A stretch of 64,000 nt of DNA. It comes from a virus. Below, in pieces: positions 54,497-63,912 of this stretch. The notes beneath the pieces are model-generated. The model was not told where the DNA came from. It saw only the letters and a list, made by a program, of their open reading frames with translations, and did no database searches. The first letter of the stretch is position 1. Each line of letters starts with the position of its first letter. The stretch is taken from the IMG/VR virus record IMGVR_UViG_3300011429_000001, positions 15,962 through 79,961 of that record. The stretch is one strand, 5' to 3'. The position numbers were made by a program, and so were the translations under genes.

Positions 54497-55599
54497 ACCC
54501 GCATCGGCATCAGGATATAGCTGTAGTCGTAGCCCTCGGTGCCGACGGCCTTGAAGAGCGCCTGACTGACTTCGTCCTTGAGCTCGACCGAGATCTTCTC
54601 GCCGTCGACGGCCGCGAGGAAGTCCTGCAAATACTTCGCGTTGAACTTCATCGTCAACGGCGCGCCGTCGTATTCGGCGGCGACGCTGTCCGCCGCTTCG
54701 CCCGACTCGGCGTTCACGCAGTTGATGCCCACCTTCCCCTTTTCGAGCGCGAACTCGACGGCGCGGCTCCGGCTGTCGGCCATGATCGCGACGCGGCTCA
54801 CCGCCGCTTGCAGTGGCTCGCGCGCGATGGTGACGCGCTTGTCGTGTCCCTTCGGAATGATCTTGTCGTAGGCCGGGAACTGCGCGTCGATGACGCGCGA
54901 GATCAAGAGGCGCGGACCGCAGTTGAAGAACAGGTGATTCTCGCCGCGCTTGAACGTGACGTCTGGACCGTCGCCGTCGAGCATCGAGGCGAGCTCCTTC
55001 AACGTCGCCGCCGGAAGGATCGCCGTGCCGTCCTCTCCGGCGAGCGGCCCGACGACGTGGGTCAACCGGTGCCCGTCCGTCGCCGCCATCGTCGCCATGC
55101 CGTTCGCGAAGGCCAGCTGCGACCCGGCGAGGTAGAACCGCGTGTCGTCGGCGGAGAGGGAGAACCGCGTCTTGCGAACCATCTCGCGGAGAAGCGCGCG
55201 CGGCATCGTGATGCCGCCGTCGACCGGTTCCTCGGCGAGCGTCGGGAAGTCGGCGGCTGGAAGCACGTTCAGCTTCGAGACGAAGCCGCCGCACGCGACC
55301 TTCGCCGTACCCTTGCCGTCGAACTCGATCGTCACTTCCTCGCCAGACGGGAGCGCCTGCACGATCTGGTAGAGCTTCTCGGCCGGGAGTAGGACGGCGC
55401 CGTCTGCGACGTCCCACGACACGAGGTCGAACGTGCTTCGCATCGCGATGTTGAGGTCCGTCGCCGAGAGGCGGCAGCCCTGACCCTCGCGCGTCAGCAA
55501 GACGTACGCGAGCGTCGGGATGGTTGACTTGCGACTCGCGACTCCTTGAACGGCGTGCAGCTGTTGCTGAAGCACCGACCTATCGAACTGCAACTTCAT
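54493..55599 (-). CDS. dnaN: DNA polymerase III beta sliding clamp
   Basis: SATDL, ATDGHRL, FPAY..IIP, FNAKYL.D, C-terminal MPMR. Confidence 0.96.
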   Translation of the reverse strand: MKLQFDRSVLQQQLHAVQGVASRKSTIPTLAYVLLTREGQGCRLSATDLNIAMRSTFDLVSWDVADGAVLLPAEKLYQIVQALPSGEEVTIEFDGKGTAKVACGGFVSKLNVLPAADFPTLAEEPVDGGITMPRALLREMVRKTRFSLSADDTRFYLAGSQLAFANGMATMAATDGHRLTHVVGPLAGEDGTAILPAATLKELASMLDGDGPDVTFKRGENHLFFNCGPRLLISRVIDAQFPAYDKIIPKGHDKRVTIAREPLQAAVSRVAIMADSRSRAVEFALEKGKVGINCVNAESGEAADSVAAEYDGAPLTMKFNAKYLQDFLAAVDGEKISVELKDEVSQALFKAVGTEGYDYSYILMPMRV

Positions 55600-55614
55600 A
55601 CGGTCTCCTTCGTC

Positions 55615-56055
55615 CTACTTCTTGCGTCCCATTGCCTTCGTAACTTCGTGAACGTTGCTCGCCGTCTTCTCCTGCAGCGGGCTTCCGCGACTTCGTTTCA
55701 ACATCAGATACTGCGAGTGGTGCATGAAGTCCGAGACGTGCGACGACCGAACCTTCGAGACGACCGGATCGCCGCCCTTCTCGACCGGCCGTGCCGCGAG
55801 GAAGAAGTCGACGATGAGCGACGAGACGACCTCCTCGCCCCACGCCTCGCCCATCTTCTTGAGGATCGAGAGGTCGCGAACCTCGAAGAACTGGACAGGA
55901 TACGGATGCCCCCACGCCTTCGCGTAGCCGACCATGAACTTGCCGAGGAGCCGCTGCGAGAGCGTCTCCGAGGCCAGACGCTTTTCGAGCGTCATCGGCG
56001 CGCGCTTCTTCCTGACCTTCCCTTCCGACGGCCGCAGCACGAGTTCGTCGCTCAT
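55615..56055 (-). CDS. Hypothetical replication-associated protein
   Basis: 146 aa between sbcC and dnaN. Confidence 0.6.
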   Translation of the reverse strand: MSDELVLRPSEGKVRKKRAPMTLEKRLASETLSQRLLGKFMVGYAKAWGHPYPVQFFEVRDLSILKKMGEAWGEEVVSSLIVDFFLAARPVEKGGDPVVSKVRSSHVSDFMHHSQYLMLKRSRGSPLQEKTASNVHEVTKAMGRKK

Positions 56056-56336
56056 AACATCGAGAGCTGCTTCTCCGCCGGTTCCGGCAGCGGCTCTGGC
56101 GCGACGACGTCGGCGCCGGACGCGAGCCTCGCGGCGGCGGCCTTCGACTTCCCGCGGAGGAGGAGCGCGTGGTCCTTGACGACGGCGCCGACCGCGTGCT
56201 TGACGAAGCGCTGGACTTGCTTGCGCGTCGCCCGGCGCCGAACCTTGTCGCGCTTCTCGGTCGACGCCGCGGCGAAGAACTTCGCGATCACCAACCGATC
56301 GTGTTCACTGACTTCGAGTAACAGTCGGACCTTCAC
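56052..56336 (-). CDS. Hypothetical protein ending in QLSML
   Basis: 94 aa coupled ORF. Confidence 0.6.
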   Translation of the reverse strand: MKVRLLLEVSEHDRLVIAKFFAAASTEKRDKVRRRATRKQVQRFVKHAVGAVVKDHALLLRGKSKAAAARLASGADVVAPEPLPEPAEKQLSML

Positions 56337-58795
56337 GCCGCCCTCCGAATCGCTTTCACTTGTCCGTCCTCGACGACGACGACCGCGTCGGCCATCGCCG
56401 CGAGCTCCGCGTTGTGCGTAATGAACACCAGTTGTTCCGTGCCCGAGAGCTCGCGCAACTTCCGCAGCATCAGGAGGTAGCGCGGCGCCGCCTCGTCGTC
56501 GAGACCACCGTCGGCCTCGTCGCGCCAGATCGTCTTCGGTGGCTGTCGGCTATGCAGGCTGACGTAGCATGCGATGGCCGCGCGGATCGCTTCCTCGACC
56601 ACGACGCGTTCGCCGCCGGAGAGATCGCCGACGTCGCGCGGCTCGCCGCCGTGCGCGTTGTCGAGAACCTCGATGGTGAACTTCTCCTTCATGTCCTTCT
56701 TGTCGGCCGTCGCTACCTGGGTCACGATGCTGACCGCGAACCGCGGACCCCATCCGACTTCGAGGAGTTGATTGGCGAGGTCAGATACTACCGGACCTGC
56801 AGCGTCGATCTCCAATCTTTGTAGGCCGTCGCGTCCGAGCCGGTTCGCCAGCGCCTTCCACGCCAGCATCTCGTCCTCGCCCACGCGGCGCCTCCGTTCG
56901 AGCTCCTCGTTGCGGGCGTGCAGCCGTTCGAGCTTCGCCTGCGCGTCGACGAGGTGCGCGCGCTCCTGCGTCAGCTTCGCGAGCTCCCGCTCGGCCGCGG
57001 AGACCGAGCCCTGTAGCTCGACGCACGCGGCCGAGACCTGCGCGAGGAGGACCGGCGCGCTGGCCAAGGCGTCGACGTCGACGGCCGCGGCGGCGGCTAC
57101 CTCGCGCTGCTTCGCGAGCTCGGCCGCCAACTCCGTCGACCGCGCGGCGTTCGCGAGCTGCGCCTGCTTCAGCGTCTCCTCGGCCTCTCCGAGCTCGCGC
57201 CCGCGCGTCGCGTCGGCGTCGGCGACTTCGGCGTCGAGCGCCATAATCGCGACGACGTAGGCCTCGTTAGCGCGCCCTTGGTCGGCGCGATACTCGGCGA
57301 TCCGTTCCTCGGCCGCGGCAAGGTACGGTTGCCGCTGCACGTCGGCCTTCGACTTTGCGACGACGTCTTCGGCTTCCCTGATATCCCGGAGCGCCGCGGC
57401 TATCGCTTGGCCGTGTCGGACCTGCTCCGCCGACCAGTGCGAGATCGCGACTTGGAGTTCGTGCGCCGGTTCGGCCGCGAGCTTCAGCGCGGGGATCTTC
57501 TCGCGCGCCGCGGCGGCATCGGTCACGAGCGGGCAGACAGGGTCGACGGCGCAGTCGTCGCCGAACTTCACGGTGTCGATCAACGCGGCGCGCTTCGTCG
57601 CCGCGTCGAGTTCGGCTCCGGCGCTCACGCAGGCGCCGAGTTGTTTCTGCGCCTCGGCCTCCTTCTCGCGCGCGGTCGTTTGGTTCGTCCGCTCCGCGGC
57701 TTCCGTCTCGCGGCGCTTGGCGATTAACGCCAGCGCGTCGTCCGACTTCTTCGCAGCCGATTCGATCTGCGCCTTCTCGGCAACGAGCGCCTCGTTGTTC
57801 CGGATCCGTTCGTCGCGGTCGACCTTCGCCTTGTCGTAGTTCGCGGTCGTCGCCGAGCGTCGTCGAGCGATGCCGTCGAGCGCGTTCCGGTGGCGCGTCT
57901 CGATCTCGCGCACGCGATCCGCGTGGGCGCGTATCGGCGTCGCGACGTCGACGGCGTCGAGCGCCGCCTGCGCGCGAGCAACGTCGTTGTTCGCCGCGCG
58001 CGATCGTTCCTTCGCGGCGGCGTGCTTCTGCGCTTCTCCCTGTAGCCGCTCGCGGTTCTGCTCGCCGCCGCGCAGCGCCTCGCGCGCGCCGTCCAGCGTC
58101 GCGTTCCAGTTAATCTCCAACCGATCGATCTCGTCGAGGCGATTGACGATGAAGACCGGGTTCGCGGCGTCGACTTCCTGTCGGATCGTGGCGAGCGCGA
58201 CGCGGATCCGTTCGACGACGCTCTCTGCTACTTCGTGACACCGCCGCGCCGTCGCTGCGCGCTGTTCGAGGTAGGCGAGATCGGCGAGCTCTACGAAGAG
58301 TTCGAGCCGCTCGCGTTGCCCGAGCTCGCCGAAGCTCCCGCGGCGAGTCTGCCCGGCGAACGGCCCGGCGAGCAACGACCGCTGCGATGGGAAGCGCGCG
58401 TTGACCGCCTCGCGAAACGTCGAGATCTTTCCGTCGCCGAGCGGCGTCTCCGTCCCGTCCTCTCGAAGCTGCGTCAAGATCGCGTCGGTCGATCTGTTCT
58501 GCCCGTCGACGTTGACTCGCACGCGGAAGCGCCCGGCGGCGAGCTCCCAGACGTCCTCGATGAACGCCTCTCGGCTCGTCGCGTAGCGCGCCAGCGGACC
58601 CTCGCGGCTCGCGAACGCCTTCTGCTGGACGCCCGGACCGAAGAGCCCGGCGAGCGGGCCTTCGAGCGCGAGGCTGGTCTTGCCCTGACCGTTTCGCCCG
58701 GTGATCGCGACGAGTCCTGGCAGCGACGCGAAGTCGAGCTCGAACTTGCCGGATAGGTGGTTGAACCCGCCCATCTTGTGCGTTAGTAGTTTCAT
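56333..58795 (-). CDS. sbcC: SbcC/Rad50-like SMC ATPase
   Basis: GRNGQGKTS, Q-loop, coiled coil with Cys hook, LSGGE, DEADGGLD, FITH. Confidence 0.9.
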   Translation of the reverse strand: MKLLTHKMGGFNHLSGKFELDFASLPGLVAITGRNGQGKTSLALEGPLAGLFGPGVQQKAFASREGPLARYATSREAFIEDVWELAAGRFRVRVNVDGQNRSTDAILTQLREDGTETPLGDGKISTFREAVNARFPSQRSLLAGPFAGQTRRGSFGELGQRERLELFVELADLAYLEQRAATARRCHEVAESVVERIRVALATIRQEVDAANPVFIVNRLDEIDRLEINWNATLDGAREALRGGEQNRERLQGEAQKHAAAKERSRAANNDVARAQAALDAVDVATPIRAHADRVREIETRHRNALDGIARRRSATTANYDKAKVDRDERIRNNEALVAEKAQIESAAKKSDDALALIAKRRETEAAERTNQTTAREKEAEAQKQLGACVSAGAELDAATKRAALIDTVKFGDDCAVDPVCPLVTDAAAAREKIPALKLAAEPAHELQVAISHWSAEQVRHGQAIAAALRDIREAEDVVAKSKADVQRQPYLAAAEERIAEYRADQGRANEAYVVAIMALDAEVADADATRGRELGEAEETLKQAQLANAARSTELAAELAKQREVAAAAAVDVDALASAPVLLAQVSAACVELQGSVSAAERELAKLTQERAHLVDAQAKLERLHARNEELERRRRVGEDEMLAWKALANRLGRDGLQRLEIDAAGPVVSDLANQLLEVGWGPRFAVSIVTQVATADKKDMKEKFTIEVLDNAHGGEPRDVGDLSGGERVVVEEAIRAAIACYVSLHSRQPPKTIWRDEADGGLDDEAAPRYLLMLRKLRELSGTEQLVFITHNAELAAMADAVVVVEDGQVKAIRRAA

Positions 58796-59760
58796 TGCCA
58801 ATCTATCCTAGGGAGTTGAAGTGGACGTCTTCCTGACTCGCGTTCGATAGTCTCGAAATTAAAGTTCGGATCTTTATTCTTTTTTCCCCAATGATTTATG
58901 CGAGCGCGGCTAATCGCTATGCGTATTTGCGAAGAGCAAGTCGCCCGCTCTGAATCAGCCACGCTGCAAGGGACACCGAAGAATCGATCTTGCGTTCTCG
59001 GATCGATGGTTACGCAACGATCGAGCGGTATAGGGATCGGGCATTTGCGCGCGGCGGCGTACCATTCACGAGCCGCCTTCTCCGCCGACTCGTCGTGCGC
59101 GCGCAGATCGCACGCGATCCATATCATCGGTTGGTTGCTTTCAGATATATAGATGTCCCAGATAACCCTCCGAACGTGGACGCAGCATTGGTCTAGCTCG
59201 AAGTCGATATTGTCGTAGCCGCAGATTGCGGACAGCGCGAGGAAGGCTCTCGTCGAATGTCTCGGGCTCGCGACGGTGTTGAACGACGTTCGATAGCGCG
59301 TCTCTATGAAGTCCTGGAGGACCATCTCGCGCGCGGCGTCCGTCTCTCTAGCTCCCATAATGGTTGCGCAAAGAACTACGTCCGGTCTACACTTGGCGAT
59401 CTGGAACAGCGTGTGCGTGAGCCTATCGCTGTAGTTTCCGATTCCGTCGAAGTCGACGACGTCGACGTCCGGAATACGACGATGAAGAGCGTCGACGAAG
59501 TCGAGGCCGACCGTATTTACCGGCTCGAATCCTGCCGCCCTACATTTCATTGTTATATGAGCGCAGTGAGCTGGATTATCATTTACCGCCCAGAGGTTTT
59601 TGGGTTGGTATCCTCGCCGAAGATAGAACATGGTGTCGAGCGCGTCGGACGTATCGAGGTAGGCGACTCGTTGCGCGCGCGGATTGCCTCCGCGAATCCT
59701 CTCGATCGCGCTCGCACGCCGCGCTCGATACGTCGACTTATTATCGAAGTCGTATTTCAT
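58792..59760 (-). CDS. AT-rich gene, putative Rossmann/SAM-MTase-fold protein
   Basis: AYLD...LWAVN...DVVDFDG resembles class I MTase strands; base composition differs visibly from flanks; both ends ATGA-coupled. Confidence 0.55.
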   Translation of the reverse strand: MKYDFDNKSTYRARRASAIERIRGGNPRAQRVAYLDTSDALDTMFYLRRGYQPKNLWAVNDNPAHCAHITMKCRAAGFEPVNTVGLDFVDALHRRIPDVDVVDFDGIGNYSDRLTHTLFQIAKCRPDVVLCATIMGARETDAAREMVLQDFIETRYRTSFNTVASPRHSTRAFLALSAICGYDNIDFELDQCCVHVRRVIWDIYISESNQPMIWIACDLRAHDESAEKAAREWYAAARKCPIPIPLDRCVTIDPRTQDRFFGVPCSVADSERATCSSQIRIAISRARINHWGKKNKDPNFNFETIERESGRRPLQLPRIDWQ

Positions 59761-61073
59761 TGACCTACCTCGACCAGCGGTTCAAGCCGCGCCTCTACAT
59801 CGGCGACGACGGCGTCACCGTCCTCGGTCGCGAGGAGAAGCGCGGCGCACCGCTCGACGTCTCCGGCCCACTCGGTGCCGTCGAGACGCGCCATCGCCTT
59901 CAGCTTCTCCTCGACCGTCGTCGCCGCTGCGACTTCTGGCGCGCGCAACTGGCGGTCCGGCACGGCGGAGAGTTCGATCTCTAGGTGCCGCGCGCCTGGG
60001 AACATATTGGCGATGCGCTCGCGGGCGTCGCCGATTACCGCGCGCTCCGACTGCGGGTACTTCGCTCGGACGCGAACGTCGCAGCCGGTCCAGTCGACGA
60101 CCTCCTCCGAGTCGACGACGTCGCAGGCTATCGAGAGTAGGTCGCCGACGAGCTCGGTGTGCGTCGGCTTGAGCGCGCGGATGTGGCGCGCCGTCGGCGG
60201 TTCGTCCGTCGGACCGTCTGGTCCCTTGCGCACCTGCCAGTCGAAGGCGTCGCGCGAGAGGGTGCCCTGAACGTGATACATCGAAGGGATCGCGAGCTCC
60301 TTGAACGTCCAGCTATGACGCCACGGCTTCGCGTCGCGTTCGTTTCTGAACTCGACGAGGAGCCATCCTTTACGTTCGGTCTCGCCCCAGTCCATCCGGC
60401 AGGAGCTCCCGACGTAGACGGCGTCGCCGACGACCTGATGCTTGTGAATGTGCCCGAAGACTTTCGGCACGTCGCCGTAGCGCGCGAGCGTCAGCGGATC
60501 CATTTCGAGCTCGACGGCGACGAGCGGTTGCCCGACCGACGTCACGGCGCCGCGGATAGTCAAGTGTCCGACGACCATCCGCGGACCGCGGTCGCCCTCC
60601 CACGAGGCCGCGTCGACCATCGCCATCAGGTCGAACGCGTCGTGCGCGATCTGGACCTGCGACTCGCGCGTCGCTCCGGCGGCGACCATCGCGGCCTTCG
60701 ACGGATAGGGCAGGACGGCGAACGTCACGCCGCCGAGTCGCAGGATCTCCGGCGACGTAACGACGCGGATCTCGTGCTTCGACTTCAGTCGCGCGTAGAT
60801 GTTCGTGTCCTTCTGCCGCCCGTGGTTCCCTTCGACTTCGAGGAACGGCGCGAGGTCGGCCGCGCGCTGGACGAGGTCCGCGACCGCGAGCCGGTCCTCC
60901 GGCGTCGACGTCGTGTGAAAGACGTCGCCCATGTGAACGATCGCGGCGAGGCGCGGGAGCTTCGAGGCCGCGTCGATCGCGTCCGCGAACGCGCGGAGCC
61001 GGTCGGCGTTCCGCCAGTGCGTCGACTGTAGATGCGTGTCGCCGATGCAGGCGACCTGAACGAGTTCGCTCAT
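59757..61073 (-). CDS. sbcD: SbcD/Mre11-like metallophosphoesterase nuclease
   Basis: GDTH, GDVFH, GNHG, GHL, GHIH, YVGS. Confidence 0.92.
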   Translation of the reverse strand: MSELVQVACIGDTHLQSTHWRNADRLRAFADAIDAASKLPRLAAIVHMGDVFHTTSTPEDRLAVADLVQRAADLAPFLEVEGNHGRQKDTNIYARLKSKHEIRVVTSPEILRLGGVTFAVLPYPSKAAMVAAGATRESQVQIAHDAFDLMAMVDAASWEGDRGPRMVVGHLTIRGAVTSVGQPLVAVELEMDPLTLARYGDVPKVFGHIHKHQVVGDAVYVGSSCRMDWGETERKGWLLVEFRNERDAKPWRHSWTFKELAIPSMYHVQGTLSRDAFDWQVRKGPDGPTDEPPTARHIRALKPTHTELVGDLLSIACDVVDSEEVVDWTGCDVRVRAKYPQSERAVIGDARERIANMFPGARHLEIELSAVPDRQLRAPEVAAATTVEEKLKAMARLDGTEWAGDVERCAALLLATEDGDAVVADVEARLEPLVEVGQ

Positions 61074-61765
61074 AACATCACCGTTAGCTCTCCGCCGCTC
61101 GGCGTCTCGACTTGAAGGAATAAGCACGACTCGCGACCGACCATCCTCGGCTTCGCTCCGCCCCGGACGGCCGCTGCGATGTTCGTCAACGTCTCCTCGT
61201 CGCGCCACCTGAGAGCGCCGACGAGGGCGGCGTTCAGGTCCGGGCTGACGTCCTTCTCGACGAGGTCGGCGACTTCCTTCGCCAGATCGCCGCGTAACTT
61301 CTTCACGCCCTTATCCGGCAGCTTGTTCAGGATTACATCGCCCCACGTCCGAAACGATCGCCAGACGAAGAACGGGATCGTTGGATCCGCTTCGAGTCGG
61401 TCGCATAGCTTCTTGTAGAACTCGCGAAGCTCGGCGACCGGCGCCGACGTCAACGGGAGCAGGTGCTCCTCGCTATCAAACTCGCACTTGTCGACGTCCG
61501 CCTTCTCGTGCGCTGTCGCGAGACCGCGAATAATTGGGATCCACTTCTCGATCATTGCATCGACGTCCACGCTGCTTCTCCTTCTCCGACTCGGATGCTC
61601 TACGGCATACATCAGGAACATCCGCATGCCGTCGATGTTTAGTTTGCTGTTCCGAACCGACAGCGGGCGCTCCGGGTCCCCGCCGCGGTAGATCATCACG
61701 AGCTGCTCGGCGAGCTTTACGTTGCTCCAGATCGCCATCACCGCGGATCGGACGTCTTCAGTCAT
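61070..61765 (-). CDS. Hypothetical protein
   Basis: ATGA start; strong internal RBS plus GTG at 61570. Confidence 0.6.
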   Translation of the reverse strand: MTEDVRSAVMAIWSNVKLAEQLVMIYRGGDPERPLSVRNSKLNIDGMRMFLMYAVEHPSRRRRSSVDVDAMIEKWIPIIRGLATAHEKADVDKCEFDSEEHLLPLTSAPVAELREFYKKLCDRLEADPTIPFFVWRSFRTWGDVILNKLPDKGVKKLRGDLAKEVADLVEKDVSPDLNAALVGALRWRDEETLTNIAAAVRGGAKPRMVGRESCLFLQVETPSGGELTVML

Positions 61766-62058
61766 GGAATCCTTTGCGGCGGCAGCATCTTCCGCGCCGC
61801 GCCCTGAATCTCTTGCTCCGTCGGTTCCGGACACGTCCAGTGTTGGACGCGCTCGGCCGCGCGGACGGTCCGCAGCAAGCCGAGAACCTCGGTGCGTTCG
61901 TAGCCGTCGGCCTCGCGCACGTCGCGCTTCGTCAGCGTGTATTCGTAGGACCCGAGCTGGAACTTGTAGACGGTCCGGTTCGCGCACGTGTGTGCGTGGA
62001 CCGACGCGTTCTCGAACAAGCGCAGCTGCACGATAACGTCCTGAAGGATGATGCCCAC
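61762..62058 (-). CDS. Hypothetical protein
   Basis: 98 aa coupled ORF. Confidence 0.55.
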   Translation of the reverse strand: MGIILQDVIVQLRLFENASVHAHTCANRTVYKFQLGSYEYTLTKRDVREADGYERTEVLGLLRTVRAAERVQHWTCPEPTEQEIQGAARKMLPPQRIP

Positions 62059-62312
62059 TAGTCCCTCCGGACCGTCGCCTTCGATAGACGCAGGAGCGCC
62101 TCGACGTGGACGTCCTTCCAGTATGTCGTCTTCGAGATGAGCCCGGCGTCGCGCATTGCTTCGACGACCGCGCGCCGCCGAGGGTCAGCCTCGCCCTGCC
62201 AGTCTCGATGTAGCTGCGGTCGCGCACGTAGCCACTCGACGCGCTCGCGAACAGACGACGCGTGGCGCCCGCGCTTCCGCTCCATCGTCATCCCTCGCCC
62301 GCGGCCGGTCAA
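62058..62312 (-). CDS. Hypothetical protein
   Basis: Coupled ORF. Confidence 0.55.
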   Translation of the reverse strand: MTGRGRGMTMERKRGRHASSVRERVEWLRARPQLHRDWQGEADPRRRAVVEAMRDAGLISKTTYWKDVHVEALLRLSKATVRRD

Positions 62313-62605
62313 AAGCGCACCACGAACTGCGAGGCCTTCCGCTCCAAGAGGAGGCGGAGGATCTGATCGAGCGTGCCGCCTGGCAGCGAGGTATAAAGCG
62401 CCGCGACGATCGCCTCGGCGTCGACGACGTGGATCCGCGCGTGGGCCGCGAGGTCGGAGCCGTGCTTATAGTCCGGCATCTCGTTCGTCGCGGCGATGCA
62501 GAGCGGCGGAACGCCGACGCCCTGCGCCTTGAACGCCATCGTGACTTCGAGTCCCTCGCCGCCGCGTTGGACGGCGAGGGTCGGATCGAATTGCGACGTG
62601 GCCAT
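62309..62605 (-). CDS. Hypothetical protein
   Basis: 98 aa ORF. Confidence 0.6.
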   Translation of the reverse strand: MATSQFDPTLAVQRGGEGLEVTMAFKAQGVGVPPLCIAATNEMPDYKHGSDLAAHARIHVVDAEAIVAALYTSLPGGTLDQILRLLLERKASQFVVRF

Positions 62606-62606
62606 T

Positions 62607-63902
62607 TCAGTACTTCAGGCCGCCCGGCGCCGAGCTCTCGATGATCTGCCGGTACGGTTCGTTGCCGACCATCACGCGCTCGGTCGAGATCTCGCGCGGC
62701 TGGCCGTCCTTCTTCGCGGCCATCATCGGCTTGAGCATTCCCTCGTCGGTGAAGTAGAGCGTGCTGCCTTCCTTTGTCTCGACGAAGTACTGCGAGTCGA
62801 CGCCCTTCCCTTTGCGGCGGACGTTCGTCACGGTGTAGATCGTCCCGACCGGCTTCACCGGTTCGTCGACGAGCTCCTCCGCGTCGGACGGCGGCGCCGC
62901 GGTCTTCATCCGCTCGGCGGCCTCCGGCTCGGCGTCCTCGACGACTTCGCCGGGCAGCGTGTGCATCGGCTCGCCGTGCGCGTGCGTGAGCGGCGCGCCC
63001 TCGCCGGACGGGAGCGCGGCGCCGGGATACATCGAGAAGCGGGCGCCGAGGTTCGCGGCCGTGACCATCTTCGCGATCTCCGGGTTCGACATGTCCGGCA
63101 TGAACATTGGCCGCATCACGACGAACGGCTTCCGCTTCAACTCGTCGATCGTGTAGCCCTGCCGAACGCCCAGCCGCCGCGAGAGGCCGTTGAGCGACTT
63201 CGTCTTCGCGAGCTGACGCCCGTACTTCCGGACACCGGCGACGCGCTCACCGGTCCAGCCGTTGATCGGCTCGGGCTTGATCTTCCACTTCTCCTTCTCC
63301 GGCGCGTTCTTCTTCTGCTCCTCGGCGATCTTGACGCGCTTCGCCCATTCCTCCGGCGTCCACTCGCCGATGTCCGCCGAGCCGTCGCGCGCGTCGAGCG
63401 ATCCGATCCCGGCGGGCAACTTGCGGACGCGGCCGTCGAACTCGATGACGTCACCGGCGGTCTCGCAGACCCAGAGGTAGCGTTCCCGCGAACCGTCCTG
63501 CGTCCAGATGCTGTCGTGGACGTTGACGCCGACCGCGGCGAGGATGCGCGCGAGGCCCTGCGCGTTGAGGCTGACCTCGACCGGGACGTAGTCGTAGCCG
63601 CCGCCGGGCCGGTCCACCTTCTTGCTCTTGTGGATGCTCCGCTGGAAGTAGACGTCGGCGCCGCGACCGCTCTCCGGGTCGACGCTCGGATCGATGACGA
63701 CGATTACCGGCACGATCTCGTAGCCGGGCGCGATCGACGCGACGGCCGTCGTCGGCGAGAGGATGAACGCGTGCTCTTGCGCGAACGCGATCCGGTCGCG
63801 GAGTTCCTGCGGCGTCTTAATGTTGCTGGCGACGATTTGCGCGAGCGCCTGCTGGTGAACTTCGCTCGCCTTGACTAACTCGGCTTGTGCCTGTGGTGAC
63901 AT
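62607..63902 (-). CDS. Putative single-strand annealing/recombination protein
   Basis: AKTKSLNGLSRRLGVRQGYTIDELKRKPFVV core; position upstream of sbcD/sbcC; function inferred from context. Confidence 0.55.
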   Translation of the reverse strand: MSPQAQAELVKASEVHQQALAQIVASNIKTPQELRDRIAFAQEHAFILSPTTAVASIAPGYEIVPVIVVIDPSVDPESGRGADVYFQRSIHKSKKVDRPGGGYDYVPVEVSLNAQGLARILAAVGVNVHDSIWTQDGSRERYLWVCETAGDVIEFDGRVRKLPAGIGSLDARDGSADIGEWTPEEWAKRVKIAEEQKKNAPEKEKWKIKPEPINGWTGERVAGVRKYGRQLAKTKSLNGLSRRLGVRQGYTIDELKRKPFVVMRPMFMPDMSNPEIAKMVTAANLGARFSMYPGAALPSGEGAPLTHAHGEPMHTLPGEVVEDAEPEAAERMKTAAPPSDAEELVDEPVKPVGTIYTVTNVRRKGKGVDSQYFVETKEGSTLYFTDEGMLKPMMAAKKDGQPREISTERVMVGNEPYRQIIESSAPGGLKY

Positions 63903-63912
63903 TTCGCTGCTC

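Noticed and set aside
136-63878. Many long plus-strand ORFs in the track (e.g. 432..1940, 14364..16076, 27550..29322, 48800..50569)
   Set aside because: Arg/Ala-rich antisense shadows of high-GC minus-strand genes; no motifs or RBS support
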